From: Perna viridis
Lineage: Eukaryota
Reading direction: 5' to 3'
Length of the DNA stretch: 64,000 nt
NCBI GenBank assembly: GCA_037379345.1
Contig: CM074517.1
Coordinates: 10,292,001 to 10,356,000 of the forward strand
Shown here: positions 26,901 to 38,094 of the stretch, in pieces
Layout of the letters: each line of letters starts with the position of its first letter
Numbering within the stretch: position 1 is the first letter of the stretch
The notes under the pieces: generated by a model
What the model was told of the DNA's origin: nothing
Database searches by the model: none
What the model saw: the letters and a program-made list of their open reading frames with translations, nothing else
Position numbers and translations under genes: made by a program

Positions 26901-29900
26901 AAAAAAACTATTTCTAGGACAGATCTTGGTTTATCAGTGACAAGTAAATGTTTTATTTATACATGTGACTAAAAGGAAAATAAGATATAGTGTTAATTGT
27001 ATAAAGATGCATATTTAGTTGCTATACAAAGCGTTCCAAATTTAGGGTGTAGATGTTGTCACTTCAAGAATGACACGCTTCACAATTGTGAGTACCAAAA
27101 AAGTGCTAAGTACATCATAAGTCTCTTTATATATTACATATATACAAGGAGATACTAATTAGGTCAAGGAGAACATCATTAACAAATCATACAGATGAAA
27201 CCCTTGATGTTAAAAACTTTTTTTGCTAAATTGTCAATGACAAGGATGTGTGAGATTTGCAGATCTTTCAAAATCCTTTACTGAGCTGTACATTGACTAT
27301 CCACTGAACAATCCAGCTATAGGAAAGAGTGGAGAATCTTTGGAAGTGGTCACTTTAACATGCTATGCTAAGATCATAAAGCACATTGACACATTTTTAT
27401 AACATAGTTAAGCCCCAAACTTAGCCTGATTATTATTACAAAAGGTTCTTTATCTTTTAGATATTACAATATTTTGAAGAATTCAGATGAAGAGCACTTT
27501 ATTTACACAGTTAATTATTTAATGATTTAAGTGAAATATTACTAGACAAGAGGACGGCTGATTATAATGAAGATACATGTATGATCATTTAAAAAAAAGA
27601 CAACTTTTGTTTGTATTTTTATTGGGTTTTATAAACTTATCTCATTCCCCAAATTTCTCTACAAACCCTACAGTGATATGTTTAACTACTAAATGACTGT
27701 AGAATGAGCTGATACAGCTCCCAATTTTCAGGGCCAGCTTACAAATTTTTGGCTTCTTTAGAATTAAATGCTATTGAACTTAGTATTTCTTGGTTAAAGT
27801 AAGTACTTCAGTGTAGGTGAAAATGTTTTAGACATACAATAAAACAGTTACAGCTCAAGTAATTAATATAAACAAATTACCGTATTATTTGAATTAAGAA
27901 TTATTTTGGAGTTAAGAAAATGACTAAAAAATAATTTGTGAAGCTGACAGTCCTTTCCGTCAAAATTCTTAACAACTAGCTCGAATAATAGATGACCGGA
28001 TAGGATTCAACTAGCCTGAAACTAGAAAAGTTCATTTCACTAGCCCCAATCAATTTTTACTAGTCCCGGGCATCGGGGGAGTGGCTAAAGGCGAACACTG
28101 AGCTAACCCCAACTAGTAACTGGGGTTAGTCTTGCCAGCATGGCTAAGGGATAAGGTTAGTTATATGACATAAGTCAAGAAAACATACTAACTCCCCTTA
28201 GTCATGACGGCATAACTAACCACTTTAGTAGGGATCAATTTTTATGCCCCTGCAACGATAAGTTGGGGGGCAATTTGTTTTACACCTGTCCGTCCATAAT
28301 TCTGTCCGTCCCATACGTTTTCCACACTTTTTTTTGAAAATCTTTGAAGATATTGAACTGTTTTTTTGTATGTGAGTCTTTCATGATTAGTTACAGATCG
28401 AGTTAGAGTTTCGTTCCGCTACGCTGAGTTTTACCAAAATTATGGGTCCTGGACTTAAAAAATTCCATGGAAATAGTTTTCCGCACTTTTTTTGTAAACC
28501 CTTGAAGATATTGAATTGATTTTTTGTATGCGAGTCTGTCATGATTAGTTACAGAATGAGTTAAAGTTTTGTTCCGCTACACTGAGTTTTACCAAAATAA
28601 TGGGCCCTGCACTTTAAAAATTGTATTGAAATAATAGTTTTTCGCTTTTTTTTTTGTTAATGCTTGAAGATATTTGACTGGTTTTTGGTATGTGAGTCTG
28701 TCATGATTAGTTACAGAATGAGTTAAAGTTTCGTTCGGCTACGCTGAGTTTTACCAAAATAATGGGCCCTGCACTTTAAAAATTGTATTGAAATAATAGT
28801 TTTTCGCTTTTTTTTTGTAAATGCTTGAAGATATTTGACTGGTTTTTGGTATGTGAGTCTGTCATGATTAGTTACAGATTGAGTTTAAGTTTCTTTCAGC
28901 TATGCTGAGTTTTACTCAAAACCATATGCGGGGCATCATTTGTGTCTCACAGACACAATAACACATCTGACAAAGTGCATTTTACAATTATGAGTTATGA
29001 TGTAGCTTTATGAAGGTTAAATGCGGGGGCATCACTTTATCTAGTTTTATATTATTTTTTACTTTTAAGTCTTAATTTAAATCTTAAATCCAAAATAATT
29101 AAAAATTCATATAATCCCTTGTTATTACTTTGTGTAATATAAAAGGGGGTGGGGCACAATCAAAGTAGGGGGAAGTGATGCACTCCTAATAGTTGTTAAT
29201 AGGTAATGTACAATTTTTTTTTGTGTACAGATAGGAAAGAAATTTAATTTAATCCATCTTTAAAATTTGTGTTTTGTCTGTTGGTATCAGTTGCAAAAAT
29301 TTAATAATTTTTATTTGAATGTAACATTTTCTATTCAATTTGTATATTTGCTTAATGAAATAATGCATTCCAATATTACATTCAAATGATAATTTATACC
29401 AAGTGATAAATTATACCAATTGAATGAAAAAAGTTACATTCAAACTAAAATTAATACAAATTAAATAACATATAATATTGCATTTTAATGAAAAAATATA
29501 CCAATTGATAGAAAGTATTACATTCAAATGAAAATTATTAAATATTTTGGAATAAATACAATGTACCATGCCATAGTTTGTACCATGAATTTTAGAATCA
29601 ACAAACTCATTGTTTATGCAGAATTTACATATTTTATGTTAAGTATTGAGCTTATCACTGTGACTAAATAGCTGTTCATGGACTACCAAATTTCATGGTT
29701 TTGTTTCAGTTAAAAACAGACTTATTATTTTATTTGGCCTAATATTATTCTGCTGCTTTAGTAATTGTAGAATTACTTGCTTTTGTAGTTTCTCTCCTGT
29801 TGAGAATTGTTTACTGTGGTTTATGTAAAACATAATAATTGTAATAGAAATCCATAGCTTAAATTTGATTTGAAATTTTTTCATTGATGCTTTCGCTAAG

Positions 29901-32900
29901 TGTACATCCATTGTTATTTTGATAAACATCGTTGGAGAGCAGGTAGAAGAAAGACTAACAGAGGAACAGTCACAGCAGGATAGTGCATTTTATATCTTAA
30001 TTTGCACATTTAATTTCTTTATAAATATTCATGATGACTAATGCACTCTGGCCATCTCAGTAATTTAGCATAATTTGGAAATAAAACAGTAGGGTATGGA
30101 AGAGAAACCATGGACTAGATTTAAATACTCATAGAATGAGAATTTGATTCTGGTGCATGTAGAATATGTTTCATTGAATTACCACCTTTACAGCAAATTT
30201 CATTGATTTAGGTTTGACATTTCCATAATAATTTTGATGCTTTTTATACAATTGGAATAATGTAAAAATACAAAATTATTATCTAGATAATATCGAATGA
30301 AAGGAAGCTTGGCTGATATCAATTTGTAAAGAATTGCATGAAATTTACATTAAATGGTTGCATATTGATTGCACCCTGCATGAGTTGACTTCCGTTGGTT
30401 TGGAGAACACCACCTACATGCAGGCGCAGTACTGAATTGTTAAAACATTCATTTAAACATTGGTGAAAGGTCCTGAAAGGCAGGTTTCTTGTTTAGTTAC
30501 AATTTTCTTCAATTTAGTCCCTGCTGATACTATCTTTTGCTATCAGTTCTGAAATCTTAATGTTGAATTTAAACTGTTTTCATGCCTTTCAAACCATTAT
30601 CAAACTTCTGTTAGTGCAAAGTATAGAGTAGGCACAAGGCTTTAACATTTTAATAATGTTGCACTGTGTATTGATTTTTCCCAATGCCTAAATTGTAATT
30701 TGTATGAATTTCTATTAAAATGGTTTTCATCAATTTGCACATGTAAACAACTGTGGATGTGGTTACCATGAGAAATTGCTTGAGTACATTTGAACAATGT
30801 TTCCATTGATTAAAAAACTTCACTGGCTTGTATGTAGTAATGTTCTATTTAGGAACTTAGAAAAAAATAGTGTTCAAGGGTTTGGTTGAAAGATGTTTCA
30901 TTGTAAGTTAATTGACTTTTCCCAGTGTTTGGGTGCAGATATGCAGATGAATATTGATTACTGCTTATAATGTGGGTAATCACTGATATTTACAATCTAT
31001 TTAGAAGTTCTCTGATTTGATTTGATATTGATAATTTTTTTCAGAAAAGATTTTGTCTAGTATCAGTGGCAGGTAAAGCATAGAGAAAGTACTTGAGAAC
31101 TTTTGTATTTTGTTTTCAGAGAAGATTCGATCACGTCAGGAACAAGACAAGCACACTAAAAGTACCTCCAAATCCTTGAGCGCCATCGAAGAATTTTGTG
31201 AAAAGTTTGATAGATCTGTGAGAAACAGTGTTATCAAGGTTTGTTTTTAGATCTGTGAGAAACTGTGTTATAAATCAACCACATATTTTATCTTGGGTCC
31301 CGAAAAAAGAAGAATATTTGTGTTTGTTATTTTATTTCCTCCCATGTACATGTAGTTATGGCTTCCGTTTTATGGGTGATCTATTCAGCTGTGTCTGTAC
31401 ATCTGTCACCAAAGATGTTCTTATGTCTCATACCATCATATGTATGTTTTCTTTGGAAAATGAATTATATCTGTTTACTTAGACATGATTTTAAAACAGT
31501 CAAGACATAGACCTCCTAGTGACCTCTTCAGGACTTGCTGTCATGACACTGGTTTGGTACACCTTAACTGTGAGAAAAGGACCAAAATTATGTTGCCAAG
31601 CCCTGTATTTAGTCCATTATCGAGCTTTCTAGCACCTGTTGCTGTTAGTTTATAAGTAAAGTTTAGAAACAGTGCGATGATGTCTGTAAATTGTTGGTAG
31701 GAGTCTTACTAAGTCGGGAGGTTAACCAGTATCTATTCAACATGTGCTGACATGAATCTCAATCTGAAATGATTCACCGATTTATTCTGTGTTTCATGTT
31801 CAATGTAGCTAATAGTAAAACAGTTTTGTTATTACACCACCTAAAACGAGGATTTTGTTTCTGTTAACTTGTCTGCCAAATCCTGATATATGAGCTTCCG
31901 ATAGTTTTACAAATACTTAGAAATTTAAGTGATTATGCAGATGTTGCACAAAAATACATCGTATATAGAAGATTACTACTAGCAAGTGAAAAATAAGAAA
32001 AATTGAACTTTGTTCAATAGGATTTGTTTGAACTTGGTGTCAAAAAGAAAAGTATCCCCTGATGGTATGCCTGGCTGGACTTTTTTTGTTAAACTGTCAA
32101 TCACATGTAATACAAAGGTAGATTGAATAACCCTGGTTAGGCCAGATAACATTCACAATGTATTACCATTACTCGTTGTTGTGTGGTCTTCACATGATAA
32201 GTTCTCCGCCTTATTTATTCCGACTCAATGACCCATCAACTGACCAAGTGGGTATTGAATTGTCTGACGAAACTCCATCAGCCCTACGTAGGAATGCGAG
32301 TAATTTGATAATAAGGGGTCTGGCCACTGTGCAGTTTTATACAAAGTCATTAAAACATTTAATCAAACGATAAAATATCAGGTGGATGATTCATAGTTAA
32401 ATACACTCATGCTTTTCTTTCACTCCAGATCAATTATTTGTTTTTCATCACAGTTTTATATTTTGAATTGTATTTTGAGTAATGATCAATGTCTGTTTAA
32501 GAAATGTTGAATGTTTTTAAGAAAATATAAAGACTGACATGTTGTATAATGGAGTTTTGGGGGTTCTTCAACTTCCCAAGTATTCAAAAAAGTAATTTAA
32601 ATGTACTTCAGATAATCTTAAGTATCAACCCATGACATGTGACTTTCAGTCCTCAAGATTTAAAGTTTAGTTCACTGGGGGTATTCAGACCAAGTTTATT
32701 TTTCATGGAATCAAGGTTCTTTAATAATATTTACTTTCAAGACTTGCAAAGTTGAATGTATGAGACGTATATATAAAAATTGAGATAGATTGCGGATGCC
32801 ATATTGAATAACAGTTCAGGAGTCCAAATTTACTCTCAAAACCTGAAGGACCTGGATTTTTTCAATTTTAAGTTTCAAATCAGTGGTCCATTTGAATTAG

Positions 32901-35900
32901 TCAAAAGTCCCCAATCCAATGAATATAGTTGAAGGCCCCAGACCTTAGTTAATGAAATTTCAAAGGTCTTGGATCAGAAATTGAGGGTCCAGGACCTTGG
33001 ACCACTGCTAATTCATCACCCTGCAGTTCAAAATACATTTACATGCATATATCATATACTTAATACAAAGGTTGCTGTCAAGCTTAGCTAAAACTAATAA
33101 TGTTTCTGGCACAGTCAAAGGAATGTTTTTAGATAGTAAAATTTGCAAGTTTCTCTTCATTTGGTACACTGTTGGTTAAACATTGAGCACAGGTCATATC
33201 TGTGATTATCACTTTGTTTGCTATTTCCTCTCGAGTTGAGGTTACACTTATTTTTAATCTTTTAATGATAAGAACATGTCCATGGTGTATGACTGAGTCC
33301 AAGTTGTGTATTGTAAGCTGCATGTAAGTATTATCTGTCCCTTTATTCTTGACTATGTCTCATTCCAGCCTAGATTTCCCATGATGTCCCGAACTGAGTT
33401 GTTTCTGTTAATTGTATAGTTATCAGTGATTCACATGCAGTGATTAGATTTGTTCTCCTCCCCCTCCTTAAGTCAACCTCCTAGTAGCACTGTAAATCTA
33501 ATTAGGGGCTTCATATGCAGTATGCATTAGCAGTTATTTGTGTAAATTAGACATTTGGAATTTCGTTATGGATTCTAAAACAGATCACAAATTCTTCACT
33601 GTCATACACCTGTTTTGATTTTTCACTTTTCCATTTCTGTTTTCAATATTTGTTTTCATTGTATTCTGTTAACAGCTGGTAATAGTTGTGTGCGGTCTTA
33701 CATTTACATAGATTTACCAATGTTTACCAAATTGAATGAACTTTAGAAAATAACACTGGTATATCTGCCCAGATCAGTCTTGTTTTTCTGCTTGACTGAG
33801 GAATTAAAATATGATTTGGGTGCATGGCACTGATAATTGTTATAGGTGCACCTACTGACAGGCAGTATCATACAAATCTAATGAGTAGAACATGCAACAC
33901 TTAGGCCAACACTATTATCATGTTCGTTTATTGTGGCCAACACTATTATCATATTTGTTTACTGTGACATATTTAGTCAGTTTTCTAAAGGTTAACTCTG
34001 TGTTGGTTTTTGTTGTGCTATTTTCTCATTCAAAACAATGACTTTTCTTCCACCTGAGCAAGTCTGTAATAATGCAGTAATAATTTCAAAAGGGACTTTT
34101 TGTGAAATTGGAAAATTGAGAAAAAAAAGTTCGGGGTATTATTTTGTTTTAATATAGTTTTGCTATTTCATTTGAAATACACAGATTTAAGATTAAATTT
34201 TCTGTTGAAGTTTAGGCCAGTTTTGTAAATCCAGTGCATATGACAAATCTGAGAAATGGACATATGCTTTGTTTTATCATGTAATGTATGTGATACAAGA
34301 AGTAATATTTTCAGTAAAATAACTAAAATAGCAATTTATGTGGAAAAAGATGGGGCCAAAAGGTTGGTTAAGGGGCAAAGGGAAACACTTTCAATTAAAC
34401 AGATAATTAATTAGTCATGGCCTAACAAGAAAAACTAACTTGTTTCATTGACCTGACTAATCATAGATGTTATCTGAGAAATGTTTTTGTCTGTAATCGT
34501 AAATCTGGCTTTTTGGCTATTTAATAAACACAAGGGTTTTTTTTCTTACCCATATCTAACATTGAATAAGAAAAAAATATAGAATTATGATGTGATAGCA
34601 TGGGTCTGTTTTACATGTTAACTATGCAGGAGATTGTTCAGCTACCTCTGTGTTGAAGACGTTTGAAGAATTTTTTTTCCTGATTTCATCAAATTCCTCC
34701 CAGACATTAACATCAGGGAAGAATGTAGCAGTTGATTTATACTGACACTCTCTTCATATTTATATAGGGGGCTCTTCAAGAGAATTCTATCTGTGCCAGG
34801 TGACTCATTTCATATTTATATAGGGGGCTCTTTAGGAGAATTCTGTCTGAAACAATATTAAATTGGATATTTTTGCTGCAATTGTGGTCAAATAATATCC
34901 ACTAAAAATAACCTCTATGTAATCGTTGTGTTTAATATGTTGATCTCTGAACTTAGAACTGAATTTTACATTAACACAAACCGTTTGTCAAAGCAAAAAT
35001 AACACCCAGTGAATATTTCCATGACTACCTGGAATAGGGGGAAAACAAGCAGTTATTGGCAATTTTTGTTTTTTTGGCTTTAAACAGGAAATACTTGAAC
35101 TATAACAAATAGATGTAGACCATGATTTTTATTATATTTTAATAATTATTTAATTACCCATTAAAAGAGTTGTTGATTTTTTTCCTTAATTTATTTCCCT
35201 GTCATGTTTATGTAAGACTAGACTTTCTACCAAAGGAATTTTAAATATTTTCCATTTAGAAGATATATATACAGAACATATGTATGTTAATGTCACCTGC
35301 TAAAATTTGTGGTTCAACTCCAAACTGTGAGCAAGATGTATGTTCACCTACAGTGGAGGTGCTTGTGGTGAGAAGGAATTAACACCTATGTAATTTAAAA
35401 TATGACATAGTCTTCCTAATAACCAAGAAAAATGTAAGAGATAAGTTACAGGTGTTAGTGAATACATTACCTTCTGTTTAATTTATGTATCTTTTGTCAT
35501 CTGTAAACAAAGAATGAGACTTCTCATATTATTAACATAAATTGCCACAGATGTAAAAGTTGGTTGTAGTAATATTATCATCCTTGTCCTAAATGGGTCG
35601 GTCTAAGTAGCCAAGTAGTGATAAATATGGAATTTGGTTTTTTTTTTTTTTTAAATTGAAAATAGGCTATTTACTTGCTGTCAAAGTTGTATATAACAGA
35701 GTCAATATGTAGTCCTTGAGCTTTGTAAGCCTTTATTTGTGGCTCTCTGGTAATTAAACATTATTTATTTTAATACTCCTATCTGCCTCTCATTCTCTGT
35801 GCTTTTGTGAGTGTGTTAAATGAAGCTTTATACGAAGGAATGGCATCTGAAAACAATTGTAAATGGCCCAGACTAAAATGAATCTGAAGTTGTTCTAACA

Positions 35901-38094
35901 GCAAAATACAACATACTAAAGATATTTTGTACCAAAAATATTTTAAAAAAGAAGTACACAAATAGTAAATATTAAATCTTTGATGTTTTGTCTTGTTGTA
36001 GCCTGCGACGTTCCAGGTTCCTAACTCCCAGAATCAGGTGACAACATCAATGGGAGGCCCGATGGTTCCGGGTATGACACAGATGGAAACACCCACCAAA
36101 GATCATAAATTTGTTCCTATGGATAACATGATGGTAGGACTTTCAACAGAAAACAAGTATTTTAATGCCGAAAACACCTGGATCTTGTCATTTATATATA
36201 AATATATTTTAGATCTTAACTCATCAATTTAATGAACAATCACAAATTTTTTTTAGAGAGATGTTTGCTGTTGTTCCCCCACACTCCCATGCTCTACAAT
36301 TACTGACTGAACTAAATCTCACACACTTAGAACAATACTTACATGAGCAAGATGTATGTAAAAGATGTTTAACGTCTTTGTCACATTCTAGTTATGATAT
36401 CATTTATATGATGTTTGCTAATGCAAAGTCATCTTAATGAAAGGTTTTGATAAACATTTAGAGATGTACATATGATTGTAAAAAAGATGATCAGGGTCCA
36501 GGACTTTAGTAGGTTTCAAATAAAAAAATCCTACTGATATAAGCTGTAGTTATTCAGTAGAGATTCAGTGTTTTGTTTTGAATGTGGACCAATGTTGATG
36601 AACTATTATAAGTCCTGAATCAGAAATGGAGGGTCTGGACCTCTGATCTACGCTAATTTGAACCCTGTTTATATTTATAAACTTTTCCATGAAAATAGTA
36701 AGAAATATAGATATAATGTTTTGATGTATTACAGATACAGGGTGGAATGTTTGCTTCTCCAATGGCCAAGAAGAACTTAGAACTGTCAGCTTTTGGTAGT
36801 CAGTTTAAATCATTAAAGGAAATATCAGAATACAATGACAATGGTAGTCTTGTTAGTAGCAGTAGTAACCATAGCAACAAATCTGAGTCAAAGAAACATC
36901 CAAGTTTACCAAAGGAGGTAAGAGTAACTGATATTATTCAGTTCAATGTTTGATTTACAAGTTTGAATGAAGAGTGATAGACATTATGTATTACATCAAA
37001 CAAATAGGTAACTTTCAATTTTAGACAAAATTTTTCAGTCCATCCTTGATTTTTACTGGTTTGGGCAAGGGCAGTACTCTATGGTAAGAGATGAAGTGAA
37101 TTATGCAAATGCTTCAATACGCATGGAAATGTCTATTTTGACTCAAAGGCGTGTAAGCATGAGTATTATTTGTAAATATTTGGTATTTCCTTATATTGAA
37201 AACTGTCACAAAATCAGTGAAAATGATAGTTGACATTTATTCATTGACCTATATATATAGGACAGATTCTACAGCAGCTGTTTATCAATCACTAATGTCA
37301 TTGACTGATATTGTCATGATAGTGGACACCCCTGGTGTTAATTATGACATCACATTGATAATGTGAGATCAACCCCACTGGCCAGTCTGTTTGTATATTA
37401 CTTTTTTTGGGGGGAAGTGGTAAAGGTCATTCTGTTATTGCTATTCTGTATTGAACTGTCTGAAGTTTTCTTTCCATACAAAAACTATATGGATACTACT
37501 CAAATTTTTCAGAATGGATGTAACTATACTCTAATAAATAGATCTATGCCTTAGTCTTCATAAACCCCAGGTCTGTCCCACAGGTTGCCTTAGTCTTCTA
37601 AATCCCAGGTCTGTCCCACAGGTTGCCTTAGTCTTCTTAAACCCCAGGTCTGCCCTATAGGTTGCCTTAGTCTTCTTAAGTCCCTGGTCTATCCCACAGG
37701 TTTGCTTAGACCATAAAATACCATTTCTGTTTTATTGTAGCTCCAGGTTTCTATATAGAAAAGCACAAACCACTGAGTGCCAAACTCAGTGATGATTGAT
37801 TTCTAAATTTTGCATGGGTCAGAACTTTTACATTGGATTGATAATCTCTATTAATTGATCACTAAATGATGATTCAACACAATGATATTTATAGGTAATT
37901 TGATTGGTTTTACTTTATAGGCTGTAGCTATTATGTTGGACTGGTTACGACAACACAAAGATAACCCATACCCAAATGATGATGAGAAAGCTATGCTCAT
38001 CAAACAGACAGGACTGACAATAAACCAAATCAATTATTGGTTCACCAATGCTAGAAGGAGAATCCTGCCAAAATGGGCTCAGCAGTGCAAATAA
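8825..38094 (+). CDS. Divergent TALE-class homeobox transcription factor (MEINOX-like domain plus TALE homeodomain), 6 coding exons, ~1042 aa
   Basis: GT-AG exons join in frame (135+2386+119+132+183+174 nt; intron phases 0,1,0,0,0). The protein contains HPLFPLL (MEIS/PKNOX HR1 motif) and the homeodomain [61 protein letters not shown] with the TALE PYP loop. Confidence 0.9.
11865..12477 (+). mobile_element. Helentron/HINE-like element, same family as 3505-6160
   Basis: tttttagctcacctgg ... ccaggtgagcg, hairpin aggttc-tggg-gaacct, then cttgttt. Confidence 0.75.
12968..13586 (+). mobile_element. HINE-like element with ~160-bp internal repeats (aggtcaaaggtcaaggtcac family)
   Basis: aaattggttt(c)cggag...aacttttg units at about 13022, 13155, 13312 and 13474; ends ctcttgtttt. 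Confidence 0.6.
15771..15802. repeat. (ATTT)8 microsatellite
   Basis: Direct reading. Confidence 0.9.
19085..19960 (+). mobile_element. Degenerate HINE-like repeat with internal ~150-bp units
   Basis: Repeated aaggtgcca...ggaag...gattgatttt units; the 3' end (aactgtatc.ag.ttgaatggtgtatcca...gggttcaa) is shared with 6620-6690. Confidence 0.5.
23781..26166 (+). CDS. TALE gene coding exon 2 (2386 nt; S/P/T-rich then M/Q/N/G-rich region, start of MEINOX-like domain)
   Basis: 811-aa ORF in the track; acceptor tttttag ends at 23780; donor gtatgt at 26167; encodes [11 protein letters not shown]. Confidence 0.93.
28239..29046 (+). mobile_element. HINE-like element carrying four ~160-bp satellite-type monomers
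   Basis: tttttatgcccc ... ggggcat inverted repeat; gtcc microsatellite near the 5' end; monomers at about 28318, 28477, 28638 and 28799; 3' hairpin tgtgtct-cac-agacaca. Confidence 0.8.
29290..29552. repeat. AT-rich foldback element with ~60-bp imperfect arms and internal subrepeats
   Basis: atttaataatttttatttgaatgtaa... / ...ttacattcaaatgaaaattattaaat. Confidence 0.65.
31120..31238 (+). CDS. TALE gene coding exon 3 (EKIRSRQEQ...[19 protein letters not shown])
   Basis: Acceptor ttttcag, phase-1 join, donor gtttgt; resembles the second half of the MEIS-B/HR2 helix. Confidence 0.85.
36002..36133 (+). CDS. TALE gene coding exon 4 (PATFQVPN...PMDNMM)
   Basis: Acceptor ttgtag, donor gtagga, 132 nt open, phase 0/0, GC-richer than flanks. 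Confidence 0.8.
36735..36917 (+). CDS. TALE gene coding exon 5 (start of homeodomain, ...[10 protein letters not shown])
   Basis: Tandem in-frame acceptors ending at 36734 and 36740; donor gtaaga at 36918. Confidence 0.87.
37548..37709. repeat. 39-bp minisatellite, ~4 units
   Basis: Unit gccttagtcttcttaaaccccaggtctgtcccacaggtt at 37548, 37587, 37625 and 37664. Confidence 0.93.
37921..38094 (+). CDS. TALE gene terminal exon (homeodomain helices 1-3, stop TAA)
   Basis: Acceptor ctttatag; translates [18 protein letters not shown]...[18 protein letters not shown]. This exon is missing from the ORF track. Confidence 0.95.
   Translation, partial: AVAIMLDWLRQHKDNPYPNDDEKAMLIKQTGLTINQINYWFTNARRRILPKWAQQCK

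Noticed and set aside
32240-32300. ctgacgaaac hammerhead-like words in a CpG-richer intronic patch
   Set aside because: Stems I-III cannot be formed.
37921-38094. Naming the gene MEIS, PKNOX or TGIF
   Set aside because: Diagnostic residues and architecture match none of them cleanly; symbol left blank.
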